DNA from: a bacterium
GTDB lineage: Bacteria > Patescibacteriota > Minisyncoccia > Phycocordibacterales > GWA1-40-21
Direction of reading: 5' to 3'
NCBI GenBank assembly: GCA_037131755.1
Contig: JBAXQJ010000006.1
Span: forward strand, 1 to 48,272
Length of the DNA stretch: 48,272 bases
Shown here: piece after piece, positions 19,558-33,623 of the stretch
How the letters are laid out: each line of letters opens with the position of its first letter
Numbering within the stretch: position 1 is the first letter of the stretch
Translations under genes and position numbers: made by a program
Notes under the pieces: generated by a model
Databases searched by the model: none
The model's input: only the letters and a program-made list of their open reading frames with translations
What the model was told of the DNA's origin: nothing

Positions 19558-19982
19558 TTATCTCTTACCAACCTTTCTTGAATGTTCAAACTCTTCTTCA
19601 AATTATCACCTCACGGAAAATATTGCAAATATCCGATCAGTAATTTTATCAGTCAAAAATACCCTTAATCTAAGCCGTTTAATAAGTTATCCACAGGCCG
19701 TGATTGACCGAGTAGTAATTCTCTGTTTTTATGATTATATGCATTACATATGCGCAAAACTAAATATGACTATCGAAACCCGAAATTATCCTGTTTCCGG
19801 ATCTTTTGCCGATTCAGGAAACAATCATATTTTGTTAAGCCGCGATATTTTTAAACACTCACGCAGAGTATAAAAATTTAATCCACAAACAACTCCTTAG
19901 AAGGATCTCGGCTCAACAGAAGCCGAGATTTTTGTTGAGCATATTAACAATGGTTCTTTAACAAAGAAATAAGGAGTAGAAA

Positions 19983-21173
19983 ATGAAGAAACGAAATATA
20001 GTTCTGGTGTATGTGTCGTTCCTGTTCTTGTTCCGGATGGGATTGGGTTTTATTGGGGGAACGTATTCCAACTATCTGCGCTCGTTCGGTCTGGACGAAC
20101 TACAGGTAAACTTGGTGAACGTCGCCTTTTTTATCACCATTTTCCTGTTCGAAATACCGACCGGAATATTCGCCGATGTTTTCGGCCGCAAGAAGTCGTT
20201 CGTGATGGCCTGTTTTATCTTCACGATCTCAAACCTGATCTATGCCACGTCGCATTCCTTTTGGGGATTTGTGACCGCGGAAATTATCGGCGCAATCGCG
20301 GCGACATTTTCCAGTGGCGCCTTTCAGGCTTGGTTTGTGGATCGATTAAAACACTATGGCCACAACGAGAAACTGAATGATGTCCTGGTAATCGAACAGT
20401 GGGCCTCGTGCGGGGCGGGTGCCTTGTGCGCGGTCGCGGGCGGAGCAATGGCGGATTATTATCTGCCACTGCCCTGGATCGCCGGCTCTGTCGCCTTTTT
20501 TATGACGGGCATAATTGCCGTCTTTGCGATGCGTGAAGAGGCATTTGTAAAAACGTCCCATTCGTGGAGAAGTGCTTTGGTAAAGATGAAAGACACCGCC
20601 GTAATGAGCTATCGATTTGCCAGAAAAGACAAGGCTTTTAAATTTATTCTCCTCGCGGGAATGGTTTTGGCCTTTTCCCTGATGGCACCGAATATGGAGT
20701 GGCAGACAATCTTCCATTTTAAGACCCCGAAGAACCTATACAACGGTCTCATAATGGCGGGAGTGCTTGCCTTTATCATGCTCGGCGGAATAGCCTCGAA
20801 ATGGCTGGTGAAAAAAGTCACCAATGAACAGGTGGCCATCACCATCTCGCAGATAGTTATTGGTATTTTTATCATTCTGTCTGTGAGTAGCGGTTATGTG
20901 CCTGTCGTGATTGGTTTCTTTCTGGCTCACGAAGCGGGACGAGGGATGTACGGTCCGATCAAGAATGCGTATCTAAACGATACCATTCCGGGGGCGGAAC
21001 GGGCGACCTTGTTATCCGTTGAATCGATGACCTCGAACTTGAGCGGGGCCTTGGGACTAGTCACAAGCGGAGCGATTGCCAAATATTTTGGCATTCCCGC
21101 TGCTTGGATTGTGTCTGGTGGTCTATTGATCGTCCTAACGATCATTCTGAATCGCGTCACAAGACAAAAGTAA
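19983..21173 (+). CDS. MFS transporter
   Basis: EIPTGIFADVFGRK motif A, about 12 TM segments; SD AAGGAG. Confidence 0.92.
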   Translation: MKKRNIVLVYVSFLFLFRMGLGFIGGTYSNYLRSFGLDELQVNLVNVAFFITIFLFEIPTGIFADVFGRKKSFVMACFIFTISNLIYATSHSFWGFVTAEIIGAIAATFSSGAFQAWFVDRLKHYGHNEKLNDVLVIEQWASCGAGALCAVAGGAMADYYLPLPWIAGSVAFFMTGIIAVFAMREEAFVKTSHSWRSALVKMKDTAVMSYRFARKDKAFKFILLAGMVLAFSLMAPNMEWQTIFHFKTPKNLYNGLIMAGVLAFIMLGGIASKWLVKKVTNEQVAITISQIVIGIFIILSVSSGYVPVVIGFFLAHEAGRGMYGPIKNAYLNDTIPGAERATLLSVESMTSNLSGALGLVTSGAIAKYFGIPAAWIVSGGLLIVLTIILNRVTRQK

Positions 21174-21214
21174 AGATCTAGTCGTTGGGTGTTTCTCGGC
21201 ATCCGATGCAAGAC

Positions 21215-21248
21215 AAAGGCTGACAACTTTTAAAAGTTGTCAGCCTTT
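21215..21248. terminator. Perfect 34-bp palindrome, bidirectional terminator
   Basis: aaaggctgacaactttt|aaaagttgtcagccttt between the convergent MFS and rpoD genes. Confidence 0.75.
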
Positions 21249-21270
21249 TTATAATCGCTATCGCTTATTC

Positions 21271-22467
21271 CTAATAATTCTGCAATCTGTTTATCTTCTC
21301 GTGCTGACGGATCTTTTCGTGGGCCTTGGCTTCGATCTGTCGGATACGCTCGCGAGTGACACCAAACTCCTTCCCCACTTCTTCCAAAGTGTGAGTGATG
21401 CCGTCCACCAAGCCATGGCGCATTTCCAAAATTTTTCTTTCCTTCAAAGACAGGTCGCTCAGGATTTCTTTTACCTGATCGCTCAAGATTCGGCGTGAAG
21501 ATTCGGCATCGGGCGATAAAATCTTGTCATCAGAGATGAAATCCCCAAGGGTTGATTTGCCATCATCCCCCTCATCACCGACTGGGGTTTCCAAAGAAAC
21601 GGTATCCTGATCAATCTTTTCAATTGCGTAAACTTTTTCAATTTCCAAACCCATTTCTGTCGCGATTTCCTCGGCGAGCGGATCTCGTCCCAAGTCTTGC
21701 GACAAGCGTCGGAAACACTGTTTATATTTGGCAATCGTTTCTACCATGTGCACCGGGACGCGGATTGTACGGCTCTGATCGGCCAAAGCACGGGTAATCG
21801 CCTGACGAATCCACCAGGTCGCATAAGTGGAAAATTTATAGCCCTTGGTCCAGTCGAATTTTTCCACCGCCTTGAACAAACCGAGGTTTCCCTCTTGGAT
21901 CAAATCGAGCAAGGTCAAATCGGCGCTGCGACCGACATATTTTTTGGCAATCGAGACCACCAAGCGGAGGTTGGCTCGGGCCAAAAGGTTTTTTGCATCC
22001 TCGTCACCAAGCTGGATTTTTCGCGCCAAGTCTTTTTCACTACTAGCGGAAATCAGGGAATACTGTCCGATTTCTTTCAAATACATTTGGATCGAATCAT
22101 AAGAAGCATCAGCACTGCGACCGCCATAGGTATATTTTTTCAAAGCTTCTTCCTCTTTCTCAATATTAAGCATTCCTCCGCCTTCCAACACATCAACGCC
22201 AGAAACGGAGAGTTTGTTATACAACTCATCCAAAAACATCACGTCAGACTCGATATTAGGAAACTCCTTCATAATCTCATCATAGGTCACATATCCGCGT
22301 TCGCGGCCCTTCACCAACAGCCGTTCGGTCTTGGTTTCGTGATCCTTTTTCTTGTCGGCACCTTTTTTGGCTTTTACGGCCACCTTGGCTTTCTTAACCG
22401 GTTTGGCTTTTTTGGCGATTTTCTTTGCCGGTTTCTTGACTGCTTTTTTTGCTGCTTTTTTTGGCAT
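21271..22467 (-). CDS. rpoD: Primary sigma factor sigma70
   Basis: [52 protein letters not shown]. Confidence 0.96.
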   Translation of the reverse strand: MPKKAAKKAVKKPAKKIAKKAKPVKKAKVAVKAKKGADKKKDHETKTERLLVKGRERGYVTYDEIMKEFPNIESDVMFLDELYNKLSVSGVDVLEGGGMLNIEKEEEALKKYTYGGRSADASYDSIQMYLKEIGQYSLISASSEKDLARKIQLGDEDAKNLLARANLRLVVSIAKKYVGRSADLTLLDLIQEGNLGLFKAVEKFDWTKGYKFSTYATWWIRQAITRALADQSRTIRVPVHMVETIAKYKQCFRRLSQDLGRDPLAEEIATEMGLEIEKVYAIEKIDQDTVSLETPVGDEGDDGKSTLGDFISDDKILSPDAESSRRILSDQVKEILSDLSLKERKILEMRHGLVDGITHTLEEVGKEFGVTRERIRQIEAKAHEKIRQHEKINRLQNY

Positions 22468-22490
22468 AATGTTTTTTAAAAGCTAATAAA

Positions 22491-24197
22491 TTATTTATTA
22501 AATTTGGCTAATTTTTTGGTAATTTCATTGCATTTGACGCTCAGCGAGTTCATCTTTTCAATATCTTTGGCTTTTTCCGCTCCAATCAGTTCATCCATCG
22601 TCTTGCTAAAAGCCTTTTTCAAATTTTCTTTTTCTAACTCATAAAGCAATTCTTCGGTAATGCCGGCCAGCTTGTCCCTTTCATAATACTGCTCGGCTTC
22701 GAACGCGGCCTCGTTCCTTATCTCCTCCGGTGCCCCGAGCATAACCCTGAATTCTTCATCGCCGATAATCTCCTTTAGCCTTTCATTATAACTATTCAAA
22801 TCTATTTTTACTTCCTTGTCTTTTTGCGCCCAAACCAGAATTCCCAATATTCTTCTTTCGATGGAATCTTTTCTGACTAGGACATTTTCCTTCGTGAAAG
22901 AAATAATTTTTGTCTCGACTCCACCGACGCCGGGTATTACCTTTACTCTCTTCAGATCGTCCCATAGCGCTTCTTCTTTTATCTTGAGTTTCTCACTGAT
23001 CTTGGTGATGAAATGCGAGCGCTCGATACTGCTATCAATCATCGCGATAAATGGCAGGACCTTCTCGCGCACCGCCAGACCAACCTTCCTTTCGTCCAGA
23101 TTTTCCGCAATGATTTTTGCCAATTGGAAATCGACGATGTGCATGGAATTTTTCAGGCAATTTTTCCATTGATCCTTATCCTTGAGAATAAGGTCGGCCG
23201 GATCCACACCCGATGGCAATTCGGCAATCTTGACCTCCATACCAAGAGACAGCGCCAAGATCCAAGCCTTGGTGGCTGCCGCAAAGCCAGCCCGATCACC
23301 ATCAAAAGCCATAATCACTCGGTTGGAAATCCTCTTCAGTAATTGCAAATGTTCCGGCGTAAGAGCGGTACCGGATGTTGCTACCGTATTGTCGAATCCG
23401 GCCTGATGGCACATTAGCAAATCCATTTGTCCCTCGACGATTACTGAGTAATCAAATTTTTTGATCGCCAACTTGGCCAGATCAAAACCATAAAGCAATC
23501 GTGACTTGTTGAAAACTGACGTTTCTGGCGAGTTTAAATATTTAGCCGTATCATCTTTGGCACCAGGTAAAATTCGTCCGGTAAACCCGACTACCCGTCC
23601 GGCAGCATCGCGGATTGGAAACATTATTCTCCCGCGGAAGCGATCATAGAAACTTCGCTCGTTTCTCTTTATTAAACCAGCCGCTTCGATCTGTTCATCG
23701 GTATATTTGCGCGATTTTAAATAATCATACAAGGTTCGCCAATCTTCGGACACAAAACCGATTCGCCAGTCCTTAATCGTCTTGGCTGACAGGCCTCTTT
23801 TTTCGAGATAAGCTAGAGCATCTTTGGCGTGCGGCAGATTAGCCTCAAAAAATTGAGCGGCTGCTTCGAGCGCCGTAAAAATCGCTTCTTTGTCGTTTTT
23901 CACCTGCAGATTTTCTCTCACGATTTCCACACCGGTTCTTTCAGCGAGCAATTTCAGTGCGCCAAAGAAGTCCAAGCCCTCAAATTCTTGGACGAAAGTA
24001 AAAATGTCCCCCTTGGCCCCGCAACCGAAACAGTAATATGAGTCACGATCCGGAGACACAAAAAACGATGGCGACTTTTCATTATGAAAAGGACATCGGG
24101 CTTTCAAATTCTTTCCCGCTTTTTCCAATTTTATATAGGAACTCAAAAGATCCACAATATTCAGCCTTTCTTTGATTTGTTCAACGGGTGTGGACAT
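22491..24197 (-). CDS. dnaG: DNA primase
   Basis: CPFHNEKSPSF zinc finger, DRFRGRIMFP, KYLNSPET, VEGQMD, FDGDRAG. Confidence 0.97.
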   Translation of the reverse strand: MSTPVEQIKERLNIVDLLSSYIKLEKAGKNLKARCPFHNEKSPSFFVSPDRDSYYCFGCGAKGDIFTFVQEFEGLDFFGALKLLAERTGVEIVRENLQVKNDKEAIFTALEAAAQFFEANLPHAKDALAYLEKRGLSAKTIKDWRIGFVSEDWRTLYDYLKSRKYTDEQIEAAGLIKRNERSFYDRFRGRIMFPIRDAAGRVVGFTGRILPGAKDDTAKYLNSPETSVFNKSRLLYGFDLAKLAIKKFDYSVIVEGQMDLLMCHQAGFDNTVATSGTALTPEHLQLLKRISNRVIMAFDGDRAGFAAATKAWILALSLGMEVKIAELPSGVDPADLILKDKDQWKNCLKNSMHIVDFQLAKIIAENLDERKVGLAVREKVLPFIAMIDSSIERSHFITKISEKLKIKEEALWDDLKRVKVIPGVGGVETKIISFTKENVLVRKDSIERRILGILVWAQKDKEVKIDLNSYNERLKEIIGDEEFRVMLGAPEEIRNEAAFEAEQYYERDKLAGITEELLYELEKENLKKAFSKTMDELIGAEKAKDIEKMNSLSVKCNEITKKLAKFNK

Positions 24198-24348
24198 GCC
24201 AATAAATAAGGAGTTTTTGAACGACTATATTTATTGAGCATCCCGTAGCATTTTCACTAGCTCAATATTTATATTTTCAAAAACAATTATAATCAATTTC
24301 TAAATGTTAATAATACTTTACTCTCATAAAATTGCTACTGGGATTAAA

Positions 24349-25086
24349 TCAATTTGTGCATACCCGCGCCAAAGCCGGGCAGACAATATCAACGTTGGTA
24401 TTAGATAATCCGCAATTATTAGAATCGACGGCCGTCATTCCCTGGTAGCCATTTTTACATGGTCCCCAACCGCAAGTCCATTTTGGAGTACAGGAAGTAG
24501 AAGTGGCATTTGCTACGGAAAATTCAAAAATATAATCAGTCGGTGAAATAGCTGCCAGTGTCTTAATCGGTAACACTTTGATCAGAGTTATTTTCTTGCC
24601 ATTAATCAAAATTGGAACCTCGAGCGTCAAACTAGTCGTGGCACTATTGATCTGTGCCTCTAATTTAACCGTTCCCGCCATAATGCACTCCACCCCTTGC
24701 GGGCAGCGATTATCTTGAATGACTTTAATTGGAGTAATCATCACGCCACTTACGATTATTTTTTGATTGATTTTAGCGGTAGTGGTGGCAATGGTGGTAG
24801 TAGCAGATATAATTTCGCATTTTTCTTCCCAAGGACGGAGGCATTTATTTTTTACCGCACACCAAGAATACCCGGCAGAACCGATACAGCCGTGAACATC
24901 TTTATCATTGCCGACAATCGGGATGGTGGTGGTAGAAATTGAAACAACCGGAGTATTAATTGTGTTGTTTTTAATCATAAAAGCAACACTGCCAACGGCT
25001 AAAATTGCCAGAATGGCAACTATGAGTGTGAGAGCAAAGCCTCTACTTCGTTTAGACTTCGCTGGGCATGCTTTTTTAGAATTCAT
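24349..25086 (-). CDS. Membrane-anchored Cys-rich surface protein
   Basis: SRGF plus a hydrophobic helix; modules DVHGCIGSAGYSWC, DNRCPQGVECIMAG and CTPKWTCGWGPC. Confidence 0.7.
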   Translation of the reverse strand: MNSKKACPAKSKRSRGFALTLIVAILAILAVGSVAFMIKNNTINTPVVSISTTTIPIVGNDKDVHGCIGSAGYSWCAVKNKCLRPWEEKCEIISATTTIATTTAKINQKIIVSGVMITPIKVIQDNRCPQGVECIMAGTVKLEAQINSATTSLTLEVPILINGKKITLIKVLPIKTLAAISPTDYIFEFSVANATSTSCTPKWTCGWGPCKNGYQGMTAVDSNNCGLSNTNVDIVCPALARVCTN

Positions 25087-25205
25087 TTATGTTTTGAAAT
25101 TAGATTAGTAAAAGCGGTGTTAAACCGAAACAATCCAATTATAGCATGAACCGAAATGAGAGGTAGCCCGGTTTTTTGTCCTCAAAAAACCGGGCTCTCT
25201 TTCTC

Positions 25206-28892
<3,687 letters not shown>

Positions 28893-28928
28893 GATTTTAT
28901 CTTAATTTAATATTCTTAAAATATAGAT

Positions 28929-31900
28929 TTATCTTTCGTTATCTATTTCATTATCTTTCAAGAGTTCAACGTCGAGCGCTAGTCCTCGCAAATTGTTGAG
29001 GAGCACATTGAACGAAGCTGGAATATTCGGTTGTTTGATTCTTTCACCCTTCACGATCGAATCAAAGGCGGAAGTACGTCCGACGATATCGTCAGATTTG
29101 ATAGTGAGCATTTCTCGCAAGGTATGAGCGGCACCGTGTCCAAGCAAAGCCCAGACTTCCATTTCTCCGAATCTCTGACCTCCACCCTGGGCACGACCGC
29201 CCAAAGGCTGCTGAGTGATGAGAGAGTACGGTCCGATGGAGCGCATGTGGATCTTGTCTTCCACTTCATGGTGCAGTTTCAAGATGTACATATAACCGAC
29301 GGCGACTTCCTGATTGAAAGCTTCGCCAGTTCGGCCATCGTATAATTTCATTTTGCCATTGGTCTGGAAACCAGCCTTCTTGAGTTCATCGCGGATTTCA
29401 TCGTCGGTCGCACCGGCAAATGGCGGAACGATCGCCTGATAGTTCAAAGTGTTCGCAGCGAGACCCAAGTGCAATTCCAAAATCTGTCCGAGGTTCATAC
29501 GGGAAGGCACACCGAGCGGTGTCAAAATGATATCCACCGGTCGGCCATCTGGCATGTATGGCATGTCTTCTTCGGGCAATATTCTCGAGATAACACCTTT
29601 GTTTCCATGTCGTCCGGACAGCTTGTCTCCAACGGAGATGCTTCGGAGTTCGGCCACTTCGATATGAATTCTCTTGATGATACCGCTTTCCAATTTGTCG
29701 CCCTTTTCCCGTGAGAAAACTTTGACGGAGACGATTCGGCCCTTCTTGCCACCTTCCAATCGCTTGGAAGTATCTTTCACGTCTCGAGCTTTCTCGCCGA
29801 AGATGGATCGCAACAATCTTTCTTCCGGAGTCAATTGAGTCTCGCCTTTTGGCGTAATCTTACCGACAATAATGTCGCCTGGTCGGACTTCGGCACCCAC
29901 GCGGATAATTCCCTCTTCATCAAGGTTTTTCAATTTTCCTTCACCAACGTTTGGAATATCATGAGTGGTGACTTCCGGTCCAAGCTTGGTATCGCGGACG
30001 TTCACGACGAATTCCTCCATGTGAATAGAGGTGAATCGGCTATCTTTCACCAATCGTTCTGACAAAATGATCGCGTCTTCGTAGTTGTTTCCTGACCAAG
30101 ACATAAAGGCAATGAGCATGTTCTGACCAATCGCCATCTGGCCGCGGTCAGACGATGAGGTATCGGCCAACAATTCGCCTTTCTTTACTTTCTGATTCAG
30201 GCTGACCACCGGTCGCTGATGGAAAACAGTAAAGCTGTTGGTTCGAGAAAACTGGACCAGATTGTATTCTGTTTCCTTGCCTTTTTCATTTTCAACAATA
30301 ATCTTTTTGGAATCAACATAGGTAACCGTTCCGGCTTCATCAGAGTAGATCAATCGGCCGGTATAGCGAGCGGCTTCTTCTTCGATACCGGTAGCAACGA
30401 GCGGAGCCTGTGGCTGCAAACATGGCACGGCCTGCTTCTGCATGTTCGAACCCATGAGCGCTCGGTTCGCATCGTCATGGTTCAAGAATGGGATCATCGA
30501 GGTAGCAATGGAGAACGCCTGGTTTGTCGCGACATCCATATAATCCACTTCTTCGCGCATAACGACCGTCGGCTCGCCATTGACACGGACTTCCACTTCA
30601 TCATCGATGATTTTTCCTTTCTCATCAGTGTGGGTGGCCGCATGAGCAATTTTATAATTTTCTTCTTCTAACGCATTCAAATATTTTATTTCCGAAGTCA
30701 CCACGCCGTTTTTCACTTTCGCATAAGGCGTTTCGATCATGCCAAAGTCGTTGACTCGAGCATAAATCGAGAGGCGCAAGATCAAACCGATGTTTGGACC
30801 TTCTGGAGTATGGATCGGACAGACTCGGCCGTAGTGCGATGGATGGACGTCACGAACTTCAAAGCCGGCTCGTTCACGAGTCAAACCGCCGGGTCCGAGA
30901 GCTGAGAGAGTTCGCAAATGCTCGATTTCCTGCAAGACATTTTCTTGCTGCATGAATTGGGACAACTGGTTGGTCGTAAAGAATTCCTTGATTCGGGCCT
31001 GGAGCGGTCGAGGCGAGACAAAGTTGACCGGCAAAGTGACGTCTGGATCGACAGTCGACATTCGGTCCTGAATGTTTCTCTTCATCTGCGACATACCGAC
31101 ACGGATCTTGGTCTGGAACAATTCGCCGACAAAACGGACGCGTCGCGAGCCAAGGTGGTCGATATCGTCTTCCATCGCGTCAGCATCATGGTTCAATTCA
31201 ATCACTTTGTTGACAATGGTCATCACGTCGTCAAAGTTTACGGTTTTTCGTTCCAATTCCTTTTCGTCCATTGACTTGCCAAAACGCTTGTTGAATCGGA
31301 AACGTCCGACTTTGGAAATATCATAGCGATCCTCACTGAATATGCCCTTGATGAACTCGCGGGCGTTTTCAGCGGTCGCCAAGTCACCGTCACGCAAACG
31401 CTTGTGGATTTCAATATAGGACTCATCGGCCGTTTTTGCATGATCTTTGGCCAGGTTGAGTTCCATGGCCTTCTTGGCCAACTCGTTGTCCTTGAAATAT
31501 TCGAGGATCTGTTTGTCGGTACCGCCCAAGACTCGGAGAAGCGAAGTGATGGAGAATTTTCGCTTTTTGTCGATTTTGACGTAGACAATGTCATCAGCAT
31601 CGGATTCGATTTCAATCCAGGCACCGCGGGAAGGGATGATTTTGGCGCCAAAGTATTTCTTGCCCTTGATCTCGTTGCCAGTAAAGAACATACCGAATGA
31701 TCGGGCCAGCTGTGGCACAATAACGCGCTCAATACCGTTGATAACAAAAGTACCGTGATCGGTCATGAGCGGCAGATCAGCCAAGAAGATTTCCTGTTCT
31801 TTTTCGGTATTCAAAATCTTGTTTTTCAGCTTGACCTTGGCCTTCAATTGTCCCTCGTAGGACATTTTGTTGTCCTTGGCATAATGCTCATTGTATTTAG

Positions 31901-32120
31901 GCTTGGATATTTCAAAAGCGGTAAAAGACAATTCGAATTTCTTGTCCGCATAATCGCGAATCGGTGAAAATTCTTTCAAGACTTCGGCAATGCCTTTTTC
32001 CAAAAGCCACTTAAACGACTCGGTCTGGTGACAGACCAGATTCGGAATCGACACCATCGGTGCCTTGAATTTTCCGAAATACTTTTTCTCCCTTTTTTCC
32101 GACTTGACTGCTGTTTTCAT
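28929..32120 (-). CDS. rpoB: RNA polymerase beta subunit
   Basis: RDVHPSHYGR, TPEGPNIGL, GDKLSGRHGNKG, GGQRFGEMEVWAL. Confidence 0.99.
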   Translation of the reverse strand: MKTAVKSEKREKKYFGKFKAPMVSIPNLVCHQTESFKWLLEKGIAEVLKEFSPIRDYADKKFELSFTAFEISKPKYNEHYAKDNKMSYEGQLKAKVKLKNKILNTEKEQEIFLADLPLMTDHGTFVINGIERVIVPQLARSFGMFFTGNEIKGKKYFGAKIIPSRGAWIEIESDADDIVYVKIDKKRKFSITSLLRVLGGTDKQILEYFKDNELAKKAMELNLAKDHAKTADESYIEIHKRLRDGDLATAENAREFIKGIFSEDRYDISKVGRFRFNKRFGKSMDEKELERKTVNFDDVMTIVNKVIELNHDADAMEDDIDHLGSRRVRFVGELFQTKIRVGMSQMKRNIQDRMSTVDPDVTLPVNFVSPRPLQARIKEFFTTNQLSQFMQQENVLQEIEHLRTLSALGPGGLTRERAGFEVRDVHPSHYGRVCPIHTPEGPNIGLILRLSIYARVNDFGMIETPYAKVKNGVVTSEIKYLNALEEENYKIAHAATHTDEKGKIIDDEVEVRVNGEPTVVMREEVDYMDVATNQAFSIATSMIPFLNHDDANRALMGSNMQKQAVPCLQPQAPLVATGIEEEAARYTGRLIYSDEAGTVTYVDSKKIIVENEKGKETEYNLVQFSRTNSFTVFHQRPVVSLNQKVKKGELLADTSSSDRGQMAIGQNMLIAFMSWSGNNYEDAIILSERLVKDSRFTSIHMEEFVVNVRDTKLGPEVTTHDIPNVGEGKLKNLDEEGIIRVGAEVRPGDIIVGKITPKGETQLTPEERLLRSIFGEKARDVKDTSKRLEGGKKGRIVSVKVFSREKGDKLESGIIKRIHIEVAELRSISVGDKLSGRHGNKGVISRILPEEDMPYMPDGRPVDIILTPLGVPSRMNLGQILELHLGLAANTLNYQAIVPPFAGATDDEIRDELKKAGFQTNGKMKLYDGRTGEAFNQEVAVGYMYILKLHHEVEDKIHMRSIGPYSLITQQPLGGRAQGGGQRFGEMEVWALLGHGAAHTLREMLTIKSDDIVGRTSAFDSIVKGERIKQPNIPASFNVLLNNLRGLALDVELLKDNEIDNER

Positions 32121-32172
32121 ACGTTAAAAGCTAAATTGATAAACCCGACAGACTTGTTTAATCGTCTTCATT

Positions 32173-32289
32173 ACTTAAAGCTGAGTCATTGCCTTTTTAG
32201 AGACTAGCGAGCGCGACGGCGCGAGCTCGAGGAAAAATTTAGCAAAATTTTATCCGTGCTCTAAAAAGGTAATGACGATTGCTTTAAGT
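32173..32289. repeat. Structured repeat element, copy 1 (three-way-junction motif)
   Basis: 56-nt core (32203-32258) similar to 36237-36292, enclosed by a long closing stem. Confidence 0.7.
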
Positions 32290-32523
32290 TTAGACGCAAA
32301 CAGAAAAACACCCCTCCGACAAAGGCGTTCTTATTTCTTATTTATCTTATTGTTTTTGTAAGCAAGATAAAACTTTTTTAAAACTTTCCCCCAAAACTCA
32401 ATCCTGCTAATGTCTAGCAATATATACCATAATCATTTATTTGTAAAGGGTTTTATGCGCCCCCAGATAAAAAACCGCCGAGGCGGTTTTTTACTCCCAA
32501 TATCTTGTTGTTATTACTGCCCA

Positions 32524-33180
32524 TTATTGGAACATCCTTACAAACCAGCCAAACAGGCTAAATTTGTTTTCATTGGCCTTGATGAAGTTTTCCAGCTTGG
32601 TTTGCGACTGATCCAAAGATTGAATCTCCTTCAACATATCGGCTTTCTCGGTAGAGGAAGCCAAATTCTCGGTCAACCTGGTCATCTGTTCAATGCGATT
32701 TCGCGTTTGAACTATTTCGCTGCGCAAGGCGCCGATATTCTTATAATCAGTGCCAATCAAAAATGTTTTGACAGCGCTGCGATGCTCGATCTGGTCCATC
32801 TCGTTCTTCACCCGATCAGTAGTACTGCCTTGTTCACGGGCAATGTCTCGAACCTGCTTTCCGATTCCGCCATCACGCTCGGCCGCCCTTACGATACCTT
32901 GAACATATTTCGATACTTCACTGCGATGATTCTCGGCCACATCATTCTGATTTTCTTTTGTCGAGGTGGCCGAAGAAGAAGTAGAGATTAAATTTACCCT
33001 ATTGTCTTCGGTATCTCGAGAAGAAGTCGAATTGGATGTCGTCGATCTTTCTCTTTCGATGTTCTGGTTTCCCGCAGCATTCGACTTTTGATTGTCATCT
33101 GCCAAAACAAGGCTAAAGGCTGACAAGCTAAGCGCTGCTGCGAACAAAAACATGGAGCACAATACAATGCTTTTTTTCAT
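32524..33180 (-). CDS. Secreted coiled-coil hypothetical protein
   Basis: Signal peptide MKKSIVL...VLA, S/T-rich linker, helical C-terminus ending FSLFGWF. Confidence 0.75.
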   Translation of the reverse strand: MKKSIVLCSMFLFAAALSLSAFSLVLADDNQKSNAAGNQNIERERSTTSNSTSSRDTEDNRVNLISTSSSATSTKENQNDVAENHRSEVSKYVQGIVRAAERDGGIGKQVRDIAREQGSTTDRVKNEMDQIEHRSAVKTFLIGTDYKNIGALRSEIVQTRNRIEQMTRLTENLASSTEKADMLKEIQSLDQSQTKLENFIKANENKFSLFGWFVRMFQ

Positions 33181-33623
33181 AGCTAATAAGTTAGATTGGT
33201 AAGTTGGACGATTATTTGGGGACTGCTCAAATAATCTATTCCCATACATTTTACCACAAACAAAAAGACCCCGCAAGCTTTCGCAAGCGGGGCCAGGGAC
33301 AGACCGAAGACATCATCACAATTCCAGACTGTAGGCCTTACCGTCACCTTGGCCGACGATCCAGAAAAAGGACTATTGGAACATTTGCGCAAACCGTACG
33401 GGAACGATAAGCGGAAACGTCATGCGCCTTGCGGTTCGAGTCGGATCACCCCCTTTCAGGTGCTACGCACGGTTTTTTCGCCGGAGCCGGTTAATGCTCC
33501 AGACGATACAACTTTACGGCGAGCAAACATTATCCCTCTTTAGTGGTTCTCCTTTCTGCTATGGTTGAAGGTGCTTTCATTCATTATAGTACGCAAGATT
33601 TTTCCCGCAACACGCCAAACATG

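Noticed and set aside
19687-19695. Perfect DnaA box TTATCCACA (another at ~44539) as oriC
   Set aside because: The boxes are isolated, with no cluster and no dnaA or dnaN nearby.
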